A stretch of 64,000 bases of DNA, from positions 112,300 to 176,299 of the forward strand of contig JAXHVD010000006.1 in the NCBI GenBank assembly GCA_034189385.1. Reading direction: 5' to 3'. A program made the position numbers and the translations under genes. Shown here piece by piece: positions 1 through 8,953 of this stretch. The notes beneath the pieces are model-generated. The model saw nothing but the letters and a program-made list of their open reading frames with translations. It was not told the origin of the DNA and ran no database searches. The first letter of the stretch is position 1; every line of letters starts with the position of its first letter. The stretch comes from Thermodesulfobacteriota bacterium. Its GTDB lineage: Bacteria; Desulfobacterota; Desulfobacteria; Desulfobacterales; C00003060.

Positions 1-2
1 GT

Positions 3-131
3 GTGAGAATGAAAAATGGGACACTCGTCATGCCGGCCAACACGGAGCTGACCAGCTACGGCATTGAAAAGCTAAAGGAATATGTAGAGCTGAAACGTAT
101 CGGCAACAGACTCTATGTCTACAAGCATTAG
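3..131 (+). CDS. 3' end of a gene entering the window; resembles the C-terminal tail of HD-GYP/response-regulator phosphodiesterases
   Basis: Open frame VRMKNGTLVMPANTELTSYGIEKLKEYVELKRIGNRLYVYKH ending in TAG at 129-131; similar from memory to the D-x-x-x-x-x-G-x-L-L-x-x-G-T-x-L-T-x-x-x-I-E-K-L tail of HD-GYP proteins. Confidence 0.4.
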   Translation: MRMKNGTLVMPANTELTSYGIEKLKEYVELKRIGNRLYVYKH

Positions 132-142
132 GGGAGAGTCAA

Positions 143-395
143 ATGGACATTGCACCGGTCATCGGCCTTAAGGGGGGCTGCACCGAGGTGGCCAGTTTTC
201 TTGATGGCAGTGGTTTATGTTTGTCAATTCCCCTAGCTTCGTGCTTCATCAAATTCTCCAGGAGAAATGTGATTCATTCCATCAAATTAGTCTGAAGGGC
301 GTTCATGTGTAAAATGGGGCCAACAAATAAGTCCATAAAAAAGTGGCGTTTTTGCTAAAACCGTCAAGAAAGAGGCGTTGCTTGCCTCTTTCTAA
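143..395 (+). pseudogene. motA: Degraded motA/pomA flagellar stator remnant
   Basis: RBS-like GGGAGAG then ATG 143. Fragments in different frames: MDIAPVIGL (143), MFVNSPSF (217), IKFSRRNVIHSIKLV*RAF (248), FAKTVKKEALLA (351). They match the MotA/PomA N-terminal motifs in order, with frameshifts and stops. Confidence 0.55.
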
Positions 396-891
396 CGGGT
401 TGCGCCAGCGCCTGGCGGACCATTCCAACATCTGACTATCCCGGGCTTCTCAAGAGTGCCTCATTGGCCATTTCCCAGAAACGAATCGTCTTTCAATGCC
501 CTGCACTGGTCCGTTCTTTCCTGTGATTACTATCGTCATCTTTAGTGGCCATGATGATGCCTTTTGCCTTGCACCGAATAAGCGAGCGCATTCCCCTTAG
601 CTTGCTACGGGGTTAGCGAGCGTATAGTTAAACAGATAACAACCTTACGGTGCTGCGGAGCTCTCCCGTCAGGGAGAACATTCCCAGTGGCTTGCCACGG
701 GGAGGGTTCAATTACCCTAAAGTCTTTTTTAAAACTGCCGATCTTTAGCAGTGAAAGGCGGTCGGAATGGATTCTCAAACAAAGGCCAATGGTCCCAGGC
801 CCTAAGGCATGGGGCCGAGAGGAAGGGTGATGGGTTGGGCCTTTCGCAAAAAGCGACTGGGACATGCTGTGGAAGGACCCTTTGCGAGACG

Positions 892-2118
892 ATGAAGCCC
901 AGGAGTATAACTCAAACCATCGTGCGATACGCCTTGATAACAGTGGCTTTTTTGATCGGCTGCTCCTATCAGCGCCACGTCACGCTTCCACTCCCTGATT
1001 TACCCGAGGGCGTTCACGCCATCCCAAAAGAGAACATTTACGGGTCTTCCAGGGTGGCGGTCTTTGCATTTGCAGAGCCCTCTTACGCCCCTGGAACGGG
1101 AAGGCTTGCTGCGCAAACGATCGGTCATGCCTTGTTGAAAGAAGGCGTGTTTTCAGACGTGGTGGATGAATCTCAGCGGGTGTTCTTCGGCACAGCAAAC
1201 CCCATGGATCTGGCCCGATCCGAAGCCTACGACCTGATCATCACCGGAGAGGTCCTCTACCACTTTGATGGCAGTGCATTACAAGCATCAAGGGTCACGG
1301 AGCGGATCCGCGTCAGGCACGTGGCCACCAAGAGGCTCCTCTGGCACGCCACTGCGGCAAGTGCGGGGAGGGCTGCCCCTTCTTTTGACTACATCCTGGT
1401 CAAGGGCATGGGATGTCCTGCGCTGCCCACCTCTGCCTTATTGCGGAGAAACGCGGAAAAGTTCTGTAACATGCTTCTCAGGCAGCCGCCTCAAGCCGCT
1501 CCCGCTGAAGAGAGTAGAGAGCTGCTGCTGATATCCCAGCAGTCGGCCTTGGAAGGGCTCCAAGAAAAGGTTAATGACCTGCTGGCACACAATGACGTGC
1601 TGGAAGAACAGCTTTGGGAAGAAATCCAGAAAAGCGAGGGGCTCCTCAAAGAGGTGGATAACCTTTCCGCACAGGCCGATCAAATGGAACAAGCGCTCAA
1701 AGAAGAGATCGAGAGGGGAGAGATCGCGCTGAAACGATATACTACTAAGACCGTCGTAAACCTGGACAACAGTATCTGTTTTGACTCCGGCTCAGCAAAA
1801 CTGAAAAAGGAAGTGAAAAAATCCCTGGCCAAACTCTCTAAGACCTTAAAGGACTTCCCAGATAACCATATCCAGATAGAAGGGCACACGGATGACCTTC
1901 CCACTCATGGCTATGATTTCTCTTCCAACTGGGAGCTTTCCTCAGCCCGTGCGGTGGCTGTCCTGCAATTCTTGGTGGGAAAAGGAGACATAGACTCCAA
2001 AAGGCTCTCTGCCGTGGGACACGGCGAAAACCGCCCCACCGTCCCGAACGATTCGCCTGAACACAGACGGATGAACCGCAGGGTAGACATTGTGGTTCTG
2101 CCGCCAAAGGCCCATTGA
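892..2118 (+). CDS. Lipoprotein: N-terminal PelC/CsgG/TolB-N-like alpha/beta domain, coiled coil, C-terminal MotB-type OmpA-like peptidoglycan-binding domain
   Basis: ATG 892 gives MKPRS...VAFLIGC lipobox. C-terminal ICFDSGSAKL, IEGHTDD, SNWELSSARAVAV, GHGENRP, NRRVDI are OmpA/MotB motifs. The ORF-track start at 751 is probably too early. Confidence 0.85.
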   Translation: MKPRSITQTIVRYALITVAFLIGCSYQRHVTLPLPDLPEGVHAIPKENIYGSSRVAVFAFAEPSYAPGTGRLAAQTIGHALLKEGVFSDVVDESQRVFFGTANPMDLARSEAYDLIITGEVLYHFDGSALQASRVTERIRVRHVATKRLLWHATAASAGRAAPSFDYILVKGMGCPALPTSALLRRNAEKFCNMLLRQPPQAAPAEESRELLLISQQSALEGLQEKVNDLLAHNDVLEEQLWEEIQKSEGLLKEVDNLSAQADQMEQALKEEIERGEIALKRYTTKTVVNLDNSICFDSGSAKLKKEVKKSLAKLSKTLKDFPDNHIQIEGHTDDLPTHGYDFSSNWELSSARAVAVLQFLVGKGDIDSKRLSAVGHGENRPTVPNDSPEHRRMNRRVDIVVLPPKAH

Positions 2119-2150
2119 CCTGAAAAAGCGGTTAAAATAACCTGTGAAAG

Positions 2151-2164
2151 GTCAACGATTTGAC
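2151..2164. promoter_or_regulatory. Palindromic enhancer-like site GTCAA-N4-TTGAC (FleQ/FlrA-box-like)
   Basis: GTCAACGATTTGAC with perfect 5-bp arms, ~105 bp upstream of the sigma-54 motif at 2269. Confidence 0.5.
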
Positions 2165-2268
2165 GCATGGTCGGGGACGTCACCATGCCATCAACCTTAT
2201 GTTGAATTACCCCCTCCGTAAGCCCCCATATACTGTAGTCTTCAGGCCCATATCTTGGACGAACACGT

Positions 2269-2284
2269 TGGCATGATTCCTGCC
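2269..2284 (+). promoter_or_regulatory. Sigma-54 (-24/-12) promoter for the PilB/GspE-HDOD operon
   Basis: TGGCATGATTCCTGCC, GG-N10-GC spacing, ~95 bp before ATG 2378. Confidence 0.6.
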
Positions 2285-2377
2285 TAAAAGGGGTTGGACT
2301 TGGTTCTCCCGTACCTTCCGTGAAGTTGGCGGTGGTGGAGACATCCGGTACATCCAACAGGTTGAGAGGCAGGCTTC

Positions 2378-4303
2378 ATGATGCCACTTCAGAAAGACGC
2401 TGCCGGGATCGGCCCGGGCAAAAAGGCGCCTCCGGCAGATCCTTCCAAAGACTTCGGTGAAATCGTACCCCTGCTCTTGCAGGAAGGGTATATAACGGAG
2501 AAGCAGGTCCGTTATGCCCAGAGGGTCCGGTCAAAGCTCGAAACGTCTGCCCCTTTGCTGGGAGTTGTAAAGGAACTCCAATATGTTACCGATAAACAGA
2601 TCGAGAAGGTGCTCAGGGCGAATTTGGGTATCATACGAACAGGAAGCCTCCTGGTTGAGCTGGGACATATCAGCGAAGCAGACCTAGAGGCCAGTCTTGA
2701 GATCCAGAAAAGGGAAAACCCTAAAAAGAAGCTGGGCGAAATCCTTGTTGCCCACAATTTCATCAATGAACGGACCATACTGGAAACCCTTTCTTTGCAG
2801 CTCGGTTTTCCTATTGTGGAGCCAGAGTTTGTGGAAATTGATGAAAAACTTGCATCCAAAGGAAGAACTGAGTTGTATGTGACCCGGGGCTTTCTTCCCC
2901 TTCGCAGGGAAGGTCAGGGCGTCTTTATAGCCTTTGTAGATCCCACGGACAGTCGTGATGTGGAGGCGGCCAAGAAGCTCTTTGGCAATGACATTACTGT
3001 AGCCATAGCCACCAAGGACTCTATCATCCGGGGAATCAAACGGATTCAGCCCGATGCCAAGACGACCTTGTCTGTGGGGATGGATGACAGCTCAATCGTG
3101 GAAACCGCAGATGCCATTATTCTTGCAGCTATTGAAGAAGATGCCAGCGATATCCACATCGAGCCCATGCATGACCGGATTCGTGTCCGCTTCCGCCAAG
3201 ACGGCGTTCTGGTCCATTACAAGGATTTTCCCCTGGAAATCATTCCATCCCTTACCAGTCGCATCAAAATCATGTGCGAAGCGGACATTGCTGAGAAGCG
3301 CAGGCACCAGGGCGGCCGCATTCTCTTTCAGCACAAAGGCGGAGAACTGGACTTGCGGGTCTCCTTTTACGTCACTGTCCATGGCGAAAAGATCGTGTTG
3401 CGCCTGTTGAACCGCCAGAACCAACTCTTCGACCTCGAAGACATAGGCATGTCGCGCAGGATGCTGGAAAGGTTTAAGGAAGACGCTATTGATCGACCAA
3501 GTGGCGTGGTCATCATTACGGGGCCCACTGGGTCAGGAAAGACCACCACGGTCTATAGCTCCATCAACTACCTCAATGATCCCCAGACAAGCATTATCAC
3601 TGCTGAAGAGCCTGTCGAATACGTTATCCCCGGCATATCCCAGTGTTCTATCGATCCCAAGATCAACCTCACCTTTGATGAGACATTGCGCCACATTGTA
3701 CGCCAGGACCCGGACATCGTGGTCATCGGTGAAATCCGTGATACCTATTCAGCCGGAGTTGCCGTGCAAGCAGCACTGACAGGGCACAAAGTCCTCACCA
3801 CCTTTCACACGGAGGACAGCATCGGAGGGCTCATCCGGCTGCTGAATATGGACATTGATGCCTTTCTGATCTCCTCCACGGTCGTGTGTGTGGTGGCCCA
3901 GCGGCTTTTGCGAAGGGTGTGTAAGTCCTGCGAAATGCCCCATCAGCTAAGCCCCGTGGAACTCCGTCGCCTCCATTACGGCCCCCAGGATGTCCTTGGG
4001 GTGGAGTTTCGAAAGGGTCGAGGATGTCCTGAGTGTCGATATTCAGGGTACAAGGGGCGGGTGGCCATATTTGAGCTCCTTGTTCTTGAAGAGCCGGTTC
4101 GCGACGCCATCTTGGCCCGTAAGACCAGTCATCAGATCCGCAGCATCAGCATAGAGAGCACGGGACTGGTGACCCTTTTGGAAGACGGCATCGTCAAGGC
4201 TGCTGCTGGTATTACCACTGTTGAAGAAGTGCTCAAGTGTCTTCCGCGGCTGCAAAGACCTAGGCCTCTGGCAGAGTTACAGCACCTTCTGGGAGGAGCA
4301 TGA
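2378..4303 (+). CDS. PilB/GspE/MshE-family secretion/pilus assembly ATPase with N-terminal MshEN-type repeats
   Basis: Walker A GPTGSGKTT, Asp box TAEEPVEY, Walker B RQDPDIVVIGEIRD, His box TGHKVLTTFH, two CxxC zinc motifs; RTGSLLVELGHISEADLEASLEIQ...KKLGEILVAHNFI is MshEN-like. Confidence 0.93.
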   Translation: MMPLQKDAAGIGPGKKAPPADPSKDFGEIVPLLLQEGYITEKQVRYAQRVRSKLETSAPLLGVVKELQYVTDKQIEKVLRANLGIIRTGSLLVELGHISEADLEASLEIQKRENPKKKLGEILVAHNFINERTILETLSLQLGFPIVEPEFVEIDEKLASKGRTELYVTRGFLPLRREGQGVFIAFVDPTDSRDVEAAKKLFGNDITVAIATKDSIIRGIKRIQPDAKTTLSVGMDDSSIVETADAIILAAIEEDASDIHIEPMHDRIRVRFRQDGVLVHYKDFPLEIIPSLTSRIKIMCEADIAEKRRHQGGRILFQHKGGELDLRVSFYVTVHGEKIVLRLLNRQNQLFDLEDIGMSRRMLERFKEDAIDRPSGVVIITGPTGSGKTTTVYSSINYLNDPQTSIITAEEPVEYVIPGISQCSIDPKINLTFDETLRHIVRQDPDIVVIGEIRDTYSAGVAVQAALTGHKVLTTFHTEDSIGGLIRLLNMDIDAFLISSTVVCVVAQRLLRRVCKSCEMPHQLSPVELRRLHYGPQDVLGVEFRKGRGCPECRYSGYKGRVAIFELLVLEEPVRDAILARKTSHQIRSISIESTGLVTLLEDGIVKAAAGITTVEEVLKCLPRLQRPRPLAELQHLLGGA

Positions 4304-5142
4304 TGGGGAAAAGATCTTTCGCAGACCTCCTGGATGAACACATCAAAAGCGAGAAGACCGTGCTTCCGCCATTTAACAAGACCGCTCTGCGTGTCCGGCG
4401 AGAAGTGGTTAAGGAGGAGCCGGACACCCGAGTGATAGAGGAACTCATTTCCCGTGACCAGTCTCTTGCAAGTCAGGTATTGAGGACCGCCAATTCCGCC
4501 TTTTGCGGTGGTCTCGTGAAAGTGATCACCGTGCACGATGCTGTCGTTCGTCTGGGAGTAAAAGAGGTTTCCAATATCGTCATCCTGGTCACACAGCGGA
4601 ACCACTTTCGCTCCAAAGACCCCTTTGTCAATGAGATCATGGAAAGACTCTGGCAACATTCCGTGCAATGCGCGATAGGGGCTCAGTGGCTTGCCAGGTA
4701 TTGCGGCTTTCAGTCCCTTGCAGATCAAGCCTTCATTGCAGGTTTGCTCCACGACGTTGGAAAACTGTTCCTTCTCATGGTCATCGAAGATATTTGCAGC
4801 TCCGGAAAGATGACCTCGCGACCCTCCCATGCCATGGTAAATGAAATCATGAACAGCTTGCACGCAGAACAGGGGTATTTTCTTCTGAAGAATTGGAACC
4901 TTCCGGAGACCTATTGCGTTATCGCCCGCGACCACCACACAGAGGAATTTGACTCCAAGGACCACTTGCTGGCAGTCATCCGACTGGTGAATAAGGCCTG
5001 CCACAAAATGGGCATTGGCTTGAAGACAGACACAGACATTGTCCTGGCGGCAAGTCCCGAAGCCGAGTTGCTGAACCTGTCTGAGGTCTCCCTGGCAGAG
5101 CTGGAGATCACGTTGGAAGACTCCCTGGCCCTGGCACCCTGA
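4300..5142 (+). CDS. HDOD domain protein
   Basis: LPPF...DQSLASQVLRTANSAF...AVVRLG...LWQHS...AFIAGLLHDVGK...HAEQG...WNLP...HH; ATGA overlap with the ATPase stop. Confidence 0.93.
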   Translation: MMGKRSFADLLDEHIKSEKTVLPPFNKTALRVRREVVKEEPDTRVIEELISRDQSLASQVLRTANSAFCGGLVKVITVHDAVVRLGVKEVSNIVILVTQRNHFRSKDPFVNEIMERLWQHSVQCAIGAQWLARYCGFQSLADQAFIAGLLHDVGKLFLLMVIEDICSSGKMTSRPSHAMVNEIMNSLHAEQGYFLLKNWNLPETYCVIARDHHTEEFDSKDHLLAVIRLVNKACHKMGIGLKTDTDIVLAASPEAELLNLSEVSLAELEITLEDSLALAP

Positions 5143-5412
5143 AGGCGAGATCCTGAAAAACCCCAAGACACCTCATGGCGTGATGGCCTTTTCCTTGACA
5201 CAGGTTGATTTGTCCCTGTATTTGTGAATATAGGGGTATGTGTGTCCCGCTACGGATCCCACGCTGCATGTTGGCAGCAATGCCTCTTGTGAGTGCTAGG
5301 CAATAGACCCTCTGAAAGCCCCTGGGCTTTCCGACAACCGCCGTACGGACAAAAGGGTTACCCGTGGGGTTCAAAGGAGCCGTCCAAGTTCGCCCCGGAA
5401 GAGAGGAATTTG

Positions 5413-6096
5413 ATGGAAACAAAAATACTGATCGTTGATGACGACGTACATATCCGCAGCCTCCTTGCAAGCTTTATGGAGAAAAAGGGATACCACTTTG
5501 ACCTAGCCGAGAACGTGAACAGTGCCCTGGAATTCATGGAGAAAAACGAATATGATATTGTCTTAACGGACAAGAATATGCCTGATCAAGAGGGTAACCT
5601 TGAGGGAGGCATGACAGTATTGAGGTATGCTAAAGACCATGCGCCGGCCACGGAAGTGATCATGATTACAGGGTACGCCACCATAGAAACGGCTGTTGAA
5701 GCCATGAAACTCGGTGCCTTTGACTATGTCATGAAGCCCATTTCGCTCAATGAATTGGAAGAGAAAATCGAAAGAGTGTTGGAATATAGACGGTTCGTTA
5801 ATTCGGAAGATACGATCAAGACTTACAGAACCCTGCACAATCAATTGCTGAAGGTCCTAGAAAACAGAGAGGATCTTCCAGAGGATCGACTTCGCCAAAT
5901 TATAAAGACCCTGGGGGCAAGGATCGACAATGTGTTCGGTATGCAAAAGGATTATGAAACGATCATCCAGTCACAGGCCGATGCCTTAGAGCGAATTGAA
6001 GGGTACATAGCGGGCCTGGAGGAGACCATCCCCAAGGACAGTCCCTATTATGCCTTGATTGACAAAATTCGGGGGGAGTGCAAAAAACGAATATAA
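5413..6096 (+). CDS. Response regulator (REC plus ~100-aa helical output of unknown function)
   Basis: KILIVDDD, LTDKNMP, MITGYAT, GAFDYVMKP; RBS GAGAGG before ATG 5413. Confidence 0.9.
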   Translation: METKILIVDDDVHIRSLLASFMEKKGYHFDLAENVNSALEFMEKNEYDIVLTDKNMPDQEGNLEGGMTVLRYAKDHAPATEVIMITGYATIETAVEAMKLGAFDYVMKPISLNELEEKIERVLEYRRFVNSEDTIKTYRTLHNQLLKVLENREDLPEDRLRQIIKTLGARIDNVFGMQKDYETIIQSQADALERIEGYIAGLEETIPKDSPYYALIDKIRGECKKRI

Positions 6097-6126
6097 ACGA
6101 CGCCACATATTGTGAGGCCCTTTTTC

Positions 6127-6155
6127 TTGACACATCACCCGTTCTTTCCTATACT
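6127..6155 (+). promoter_or_regulatory. Sigma-70-type promoter
   Basis: TTGACA-N17-TATACT. Confidence 0.55.
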
Positions 6156-6589
6156 CCTTTATCGTAATAAGCGAATCCTCTTCAGTTGTTCCCCCTGAAC
6201 TTTCCTCACCAAAAGGCGAGTCCTTGTCAATCAGCGACATGGCACCATTTGGTCCCGAGGTGGAGACGTTGGCTATTCCCGTGACTGTGGGGCATGTTGT
6301 CCCCAAGTCGAATATATCAAGAATGTCGTATCACTGAAAGACATGGTTCAAACACCGGGTTGGCCCCTATGATCAAGAGGAGGCCTTCAAGGCAGGGGCC
6401 TTGAAACGTTTGGATTTCCGTCTTGTGTGATACAGGGTTGCATCTCAGGATTCGAGAAAGCAATGGGCCACACAAGGTTTCTCGTCCGTCTTTTTGACAA
6501 AACGGTTTAAGCCAAAGCGCCTTTGCGCGTTTTTTCAAACAACTTGGCGTTGCTCTTGGCCAGGCGTGTCCTTGGGCGGAAAATAGCCC

Positions 6590-8899
6590 ATGGAGGTATC
6601 CGTGCCTCACGTTCCAAAGATTCTGGTTGTTGATGATGAGCCCCGTATCTGCGACAGCCTCAAAATAATATTGGGCCATGGCGGCTACGAGATACTGACC
6701 AGCTGCAGTGGCAAAGAGGCCTTGGCTTGTATGGCCCAACACCACATTGATCTTGTCATCTTGGACATGGTCATGCCTGAGACAGACGGCTGGGCGGTGC
6801 TGGACAGCATGGCTGGCCAGGAGGTACACACAAAGGTCATTGCCATGAGCGGCAATGCCTCCGTAGAGTCTGCAGTGGCAGTACTAAAGAGCGGCGCTTG
6901 TGATTATCTCAAGAAGCCCTTTGGGCATGACGAGCTCCTAGGACGGGTTCGAAGTGCCCTATCAAAGGACAGTGAAGAAAAAAGGAAGACTATCAGTCAA
7001 CACCTGGAGCGGTCAGAGAGGCGATATCGATTCCTAGTCCAGGCTTCTCCTGACATCATCTATACACTCGACCGGGAAGGGCGGTTCACCTTTGTCAATG
7101 ATGCTGTTCATCACTTGCTTGGTTTCACCCGACAGGAGTTGATAGGCTCACCCTATACGACTGTTATCTATGAGAAAGATTTGAACAGGGCCAACTACCT
7201 TTTCAATGAAAGACGAACGGGAGACCGTGCGGCAGCAGGGGTGGAACTGCGATTGAGGATCGCTCAAAACGACAATGGGACTGAGCAACATGAGACCAGC
7301 TTTCTTCCCATAGAACTCAAAGCCACGGGCGTCTACGAATCACTGCGCCCTCAGGGTAGCCAGAAGAGATATTTGGGGACCTACGGTGTTGCCAGAGATA
7401 CAAGCAATCGAAAACGGGCAGAGGAGGCATTGCAGAGAAGCGAGGAACGTTATCGGGCATTATTCGAAAATAGCCCTATCGACACAGTCATCGTGGACCA
7501 TGAGGCAAGAGTGACAGATTTCAATCTTGCAAAGAGACGGTCAAGCGATAGGCTGCCCAAGGTTGGAGATGTGATGTACAAAGACTATGCCGGCAAGCAC
7601 GGGACTGGCATGCTGGGTAAATTGAGAGAGTGCATGAGGACAGGGCTGCCTGAGGAGTTCCCGGAGCAAAGGTACGGTGATAGGTTCCTGCACATAAGGA
7701 TGTCTCCCTTCTCCGAGGGCGCCATCATCACATCCATAGACATCACGGCCCAGAAGAGGATCGAAGCGCAGTTCCAACAAGCTCAGAAGATCGAGGCCAT
7801 TGGAACACTGGCTGGTGGCATTGCCCATGATTTTAATAACCTGCTTATGGCAGTGTTGGGAAATACCTCCTTGATACTCCACGACGTGGGTCCCGATCAT
7901 CCCCACTATGAACGGCTAAAAAACATTGAAGAACACGTCAGAAGCGGAGCTGCACTCACCAGGCAGCTTCTCGGATATGCTAGGCAGAGACAGTATGAAC
8001 TCCAGCGTATTGACTTAAATGCCTTGGTCAAAGAGACTGCCTATGCCTTTGGGAGAACAAGAAAGGACACTGTGCTTTACCAGGAATTGGCAGAAGGCCT
8101 GTATGAAATAGACGGTGACAAAGGCCAAATGGAGCAGGTTCTGTTGAATCTATACGTAAACGCCGCAGAGGCCATGCCTGGGGGCGGGAGCCTCTTTTTG
8201 AAAACCGTGAACCGATCCCGTGAAGAGGTCAGGGGCAAGCTCCATGATCCCCAACCTGGCAACTATGTCTTGTTGACAGTTACCGATACGGGTATTGGGA
8301 TGGATCGAGAAACTCGAGAGCGCGTATTTGATCCATTTTTTACCACAAAGGAACTGGGCCGAGGCACGGGGCTTGGGCTTGCTTCAGCCTATAGTGTCGT
8401 CAAGAGCCATGGTGGACACATTGAGGTGGCCTCAAAGAAGGGCAAGGGGACCACTTTCAGCATATATCTTCCTGCGACAAAAAAAAGGGAGGAGACCGCC
8501 ATCGCGGCATCTGAACAAAGTGCGATCAAGGGCAGAACCATCCTGTTGGTAGATGACGAAAAGATGATTCTGGATATAGGGGGTAAGGTGCTAAACCGCT
8601 CAGGTTACCATGTCCTGAAAGCGGCAGGGGGCAAAGAGGCGTTGCAGGTCTATAAAAGGCACAAAGATAAGATTGATCTGGTGATTCTGGATATGAGAAT
8701 GCCTGACATGGGCGGCAGTGAGGTCTATAACCAAATCAAGGAGATAGACCCTGGCGTGAAAGTTCTCCTTGCCAGCGGTTACAGCATAGATAGCCAGGTG
8801 AGAGGACTTTTGGACCGTGGTTGTAACGGTTTTATTGAAAAGCCCTATAGAAGAGAAGAATTGACTGAGACCATAACGGAAATTTTGGACAAGCCATAG
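6590..8899 (+). CDS. Hybrid sensor histidine kinase REC-PAS-PAS-HisKA-HATPase-REC (CckA-like)
   Basis: N-terminal REC (ILVVDDE..LDMVMP), PAS segments, GTLAGGIAHDFNNLL H-box, NLYVNAAEAM, DTGIGMD, FFTTK, GTGLGL, C-terminal REC (LDMRMP); no TM helices, so cytoplasmic. Confidence 0.95.
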   Translation: MEVSVPHVPKILVVDDEPRICDSLKIILGHGGYEILTSCSGKEALACMAQHHIDLVILDMVMPETDGWAVLDSMAGQEVHTKVIAMSGNASVESAVAVLKSGACDYLKKPFGHDELLGRVRSALSKDSEEKRKTISQHLERSERRYRFLVQASPDIIYTLDREGRFTFVNDAVHHLLGFTRQELIGSPYTTVIYEKDLNRANYLFNERRTGDRAAAGVELRLRIAQNDNGTEQHETSFLPIELKATGVYESLRPQGSQKRYLGTYGVARDTSNRKRAEEALQRSEERYRALFENSPIDTVIVDHEARVTDFNLAKRRSSDRLPKVGDVMYKDYAGKHGTGMLGKLRECMRTGLPEEFPEQRYGDRFLHIRMSPFSEGAIITSIDITAQKRIEAQFQQAQKIEAIGTLAGGIAHDFNNLLMAVLGNTSLILHDVGPDHPHYERLKNIEEHVRSGAALTRQLLGYARQRQYELQRIDLNALVKETAYAFGRTRKDTVLYQELAEGLYEIDGDKGQMEQVLLNLYVNAAEAMPGGGSLFLKTVNRSREEVRGKLHDPQPGNYVLLTVTDTGIGMDRETRERVFDPFFTTKELGRGTGLGLASAYSVVKSHGGHIEVASKKGKGTTFSIYLPATKKREETAIAASEQSAIKGRTILLVDDEKMILDIGGKVLNRSGYHVLKAAGGKEALQVYKRHKDKIDLVILDMRMPDMGGSEVYNQIKEIDPGVKVLLASGYSIDSQVRGLLDRGCNGFIEKPYRREELTETITEILDKP

Positions 8900-8953
8900 G
8901 GCTTTTGCCTCTGCTTGGGCCGGCCACTTTCGCGTAAAGAAAAGAAAGGACAG

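Noticed and set aside
4132..5166. 344-aa minus-strand ORF and similar overlapping ORFs in the track
   Set aside because: They are antisense to well-supported genes (HDOD, ATPase and others) and lack domain signal
5280..5400. c-di-GMP-I riboswitch in leaders (also ~22000-22060 minus strand)
   Set aside because: Only a partial GGCAA-like start; the GNRA/receptor stems and GCAAA junction could not be built
6545..6562. Sigma-54 motif before the hybrid kinase
   Set aside because: It reads GG-N10-GG rather than GG-N10-GC
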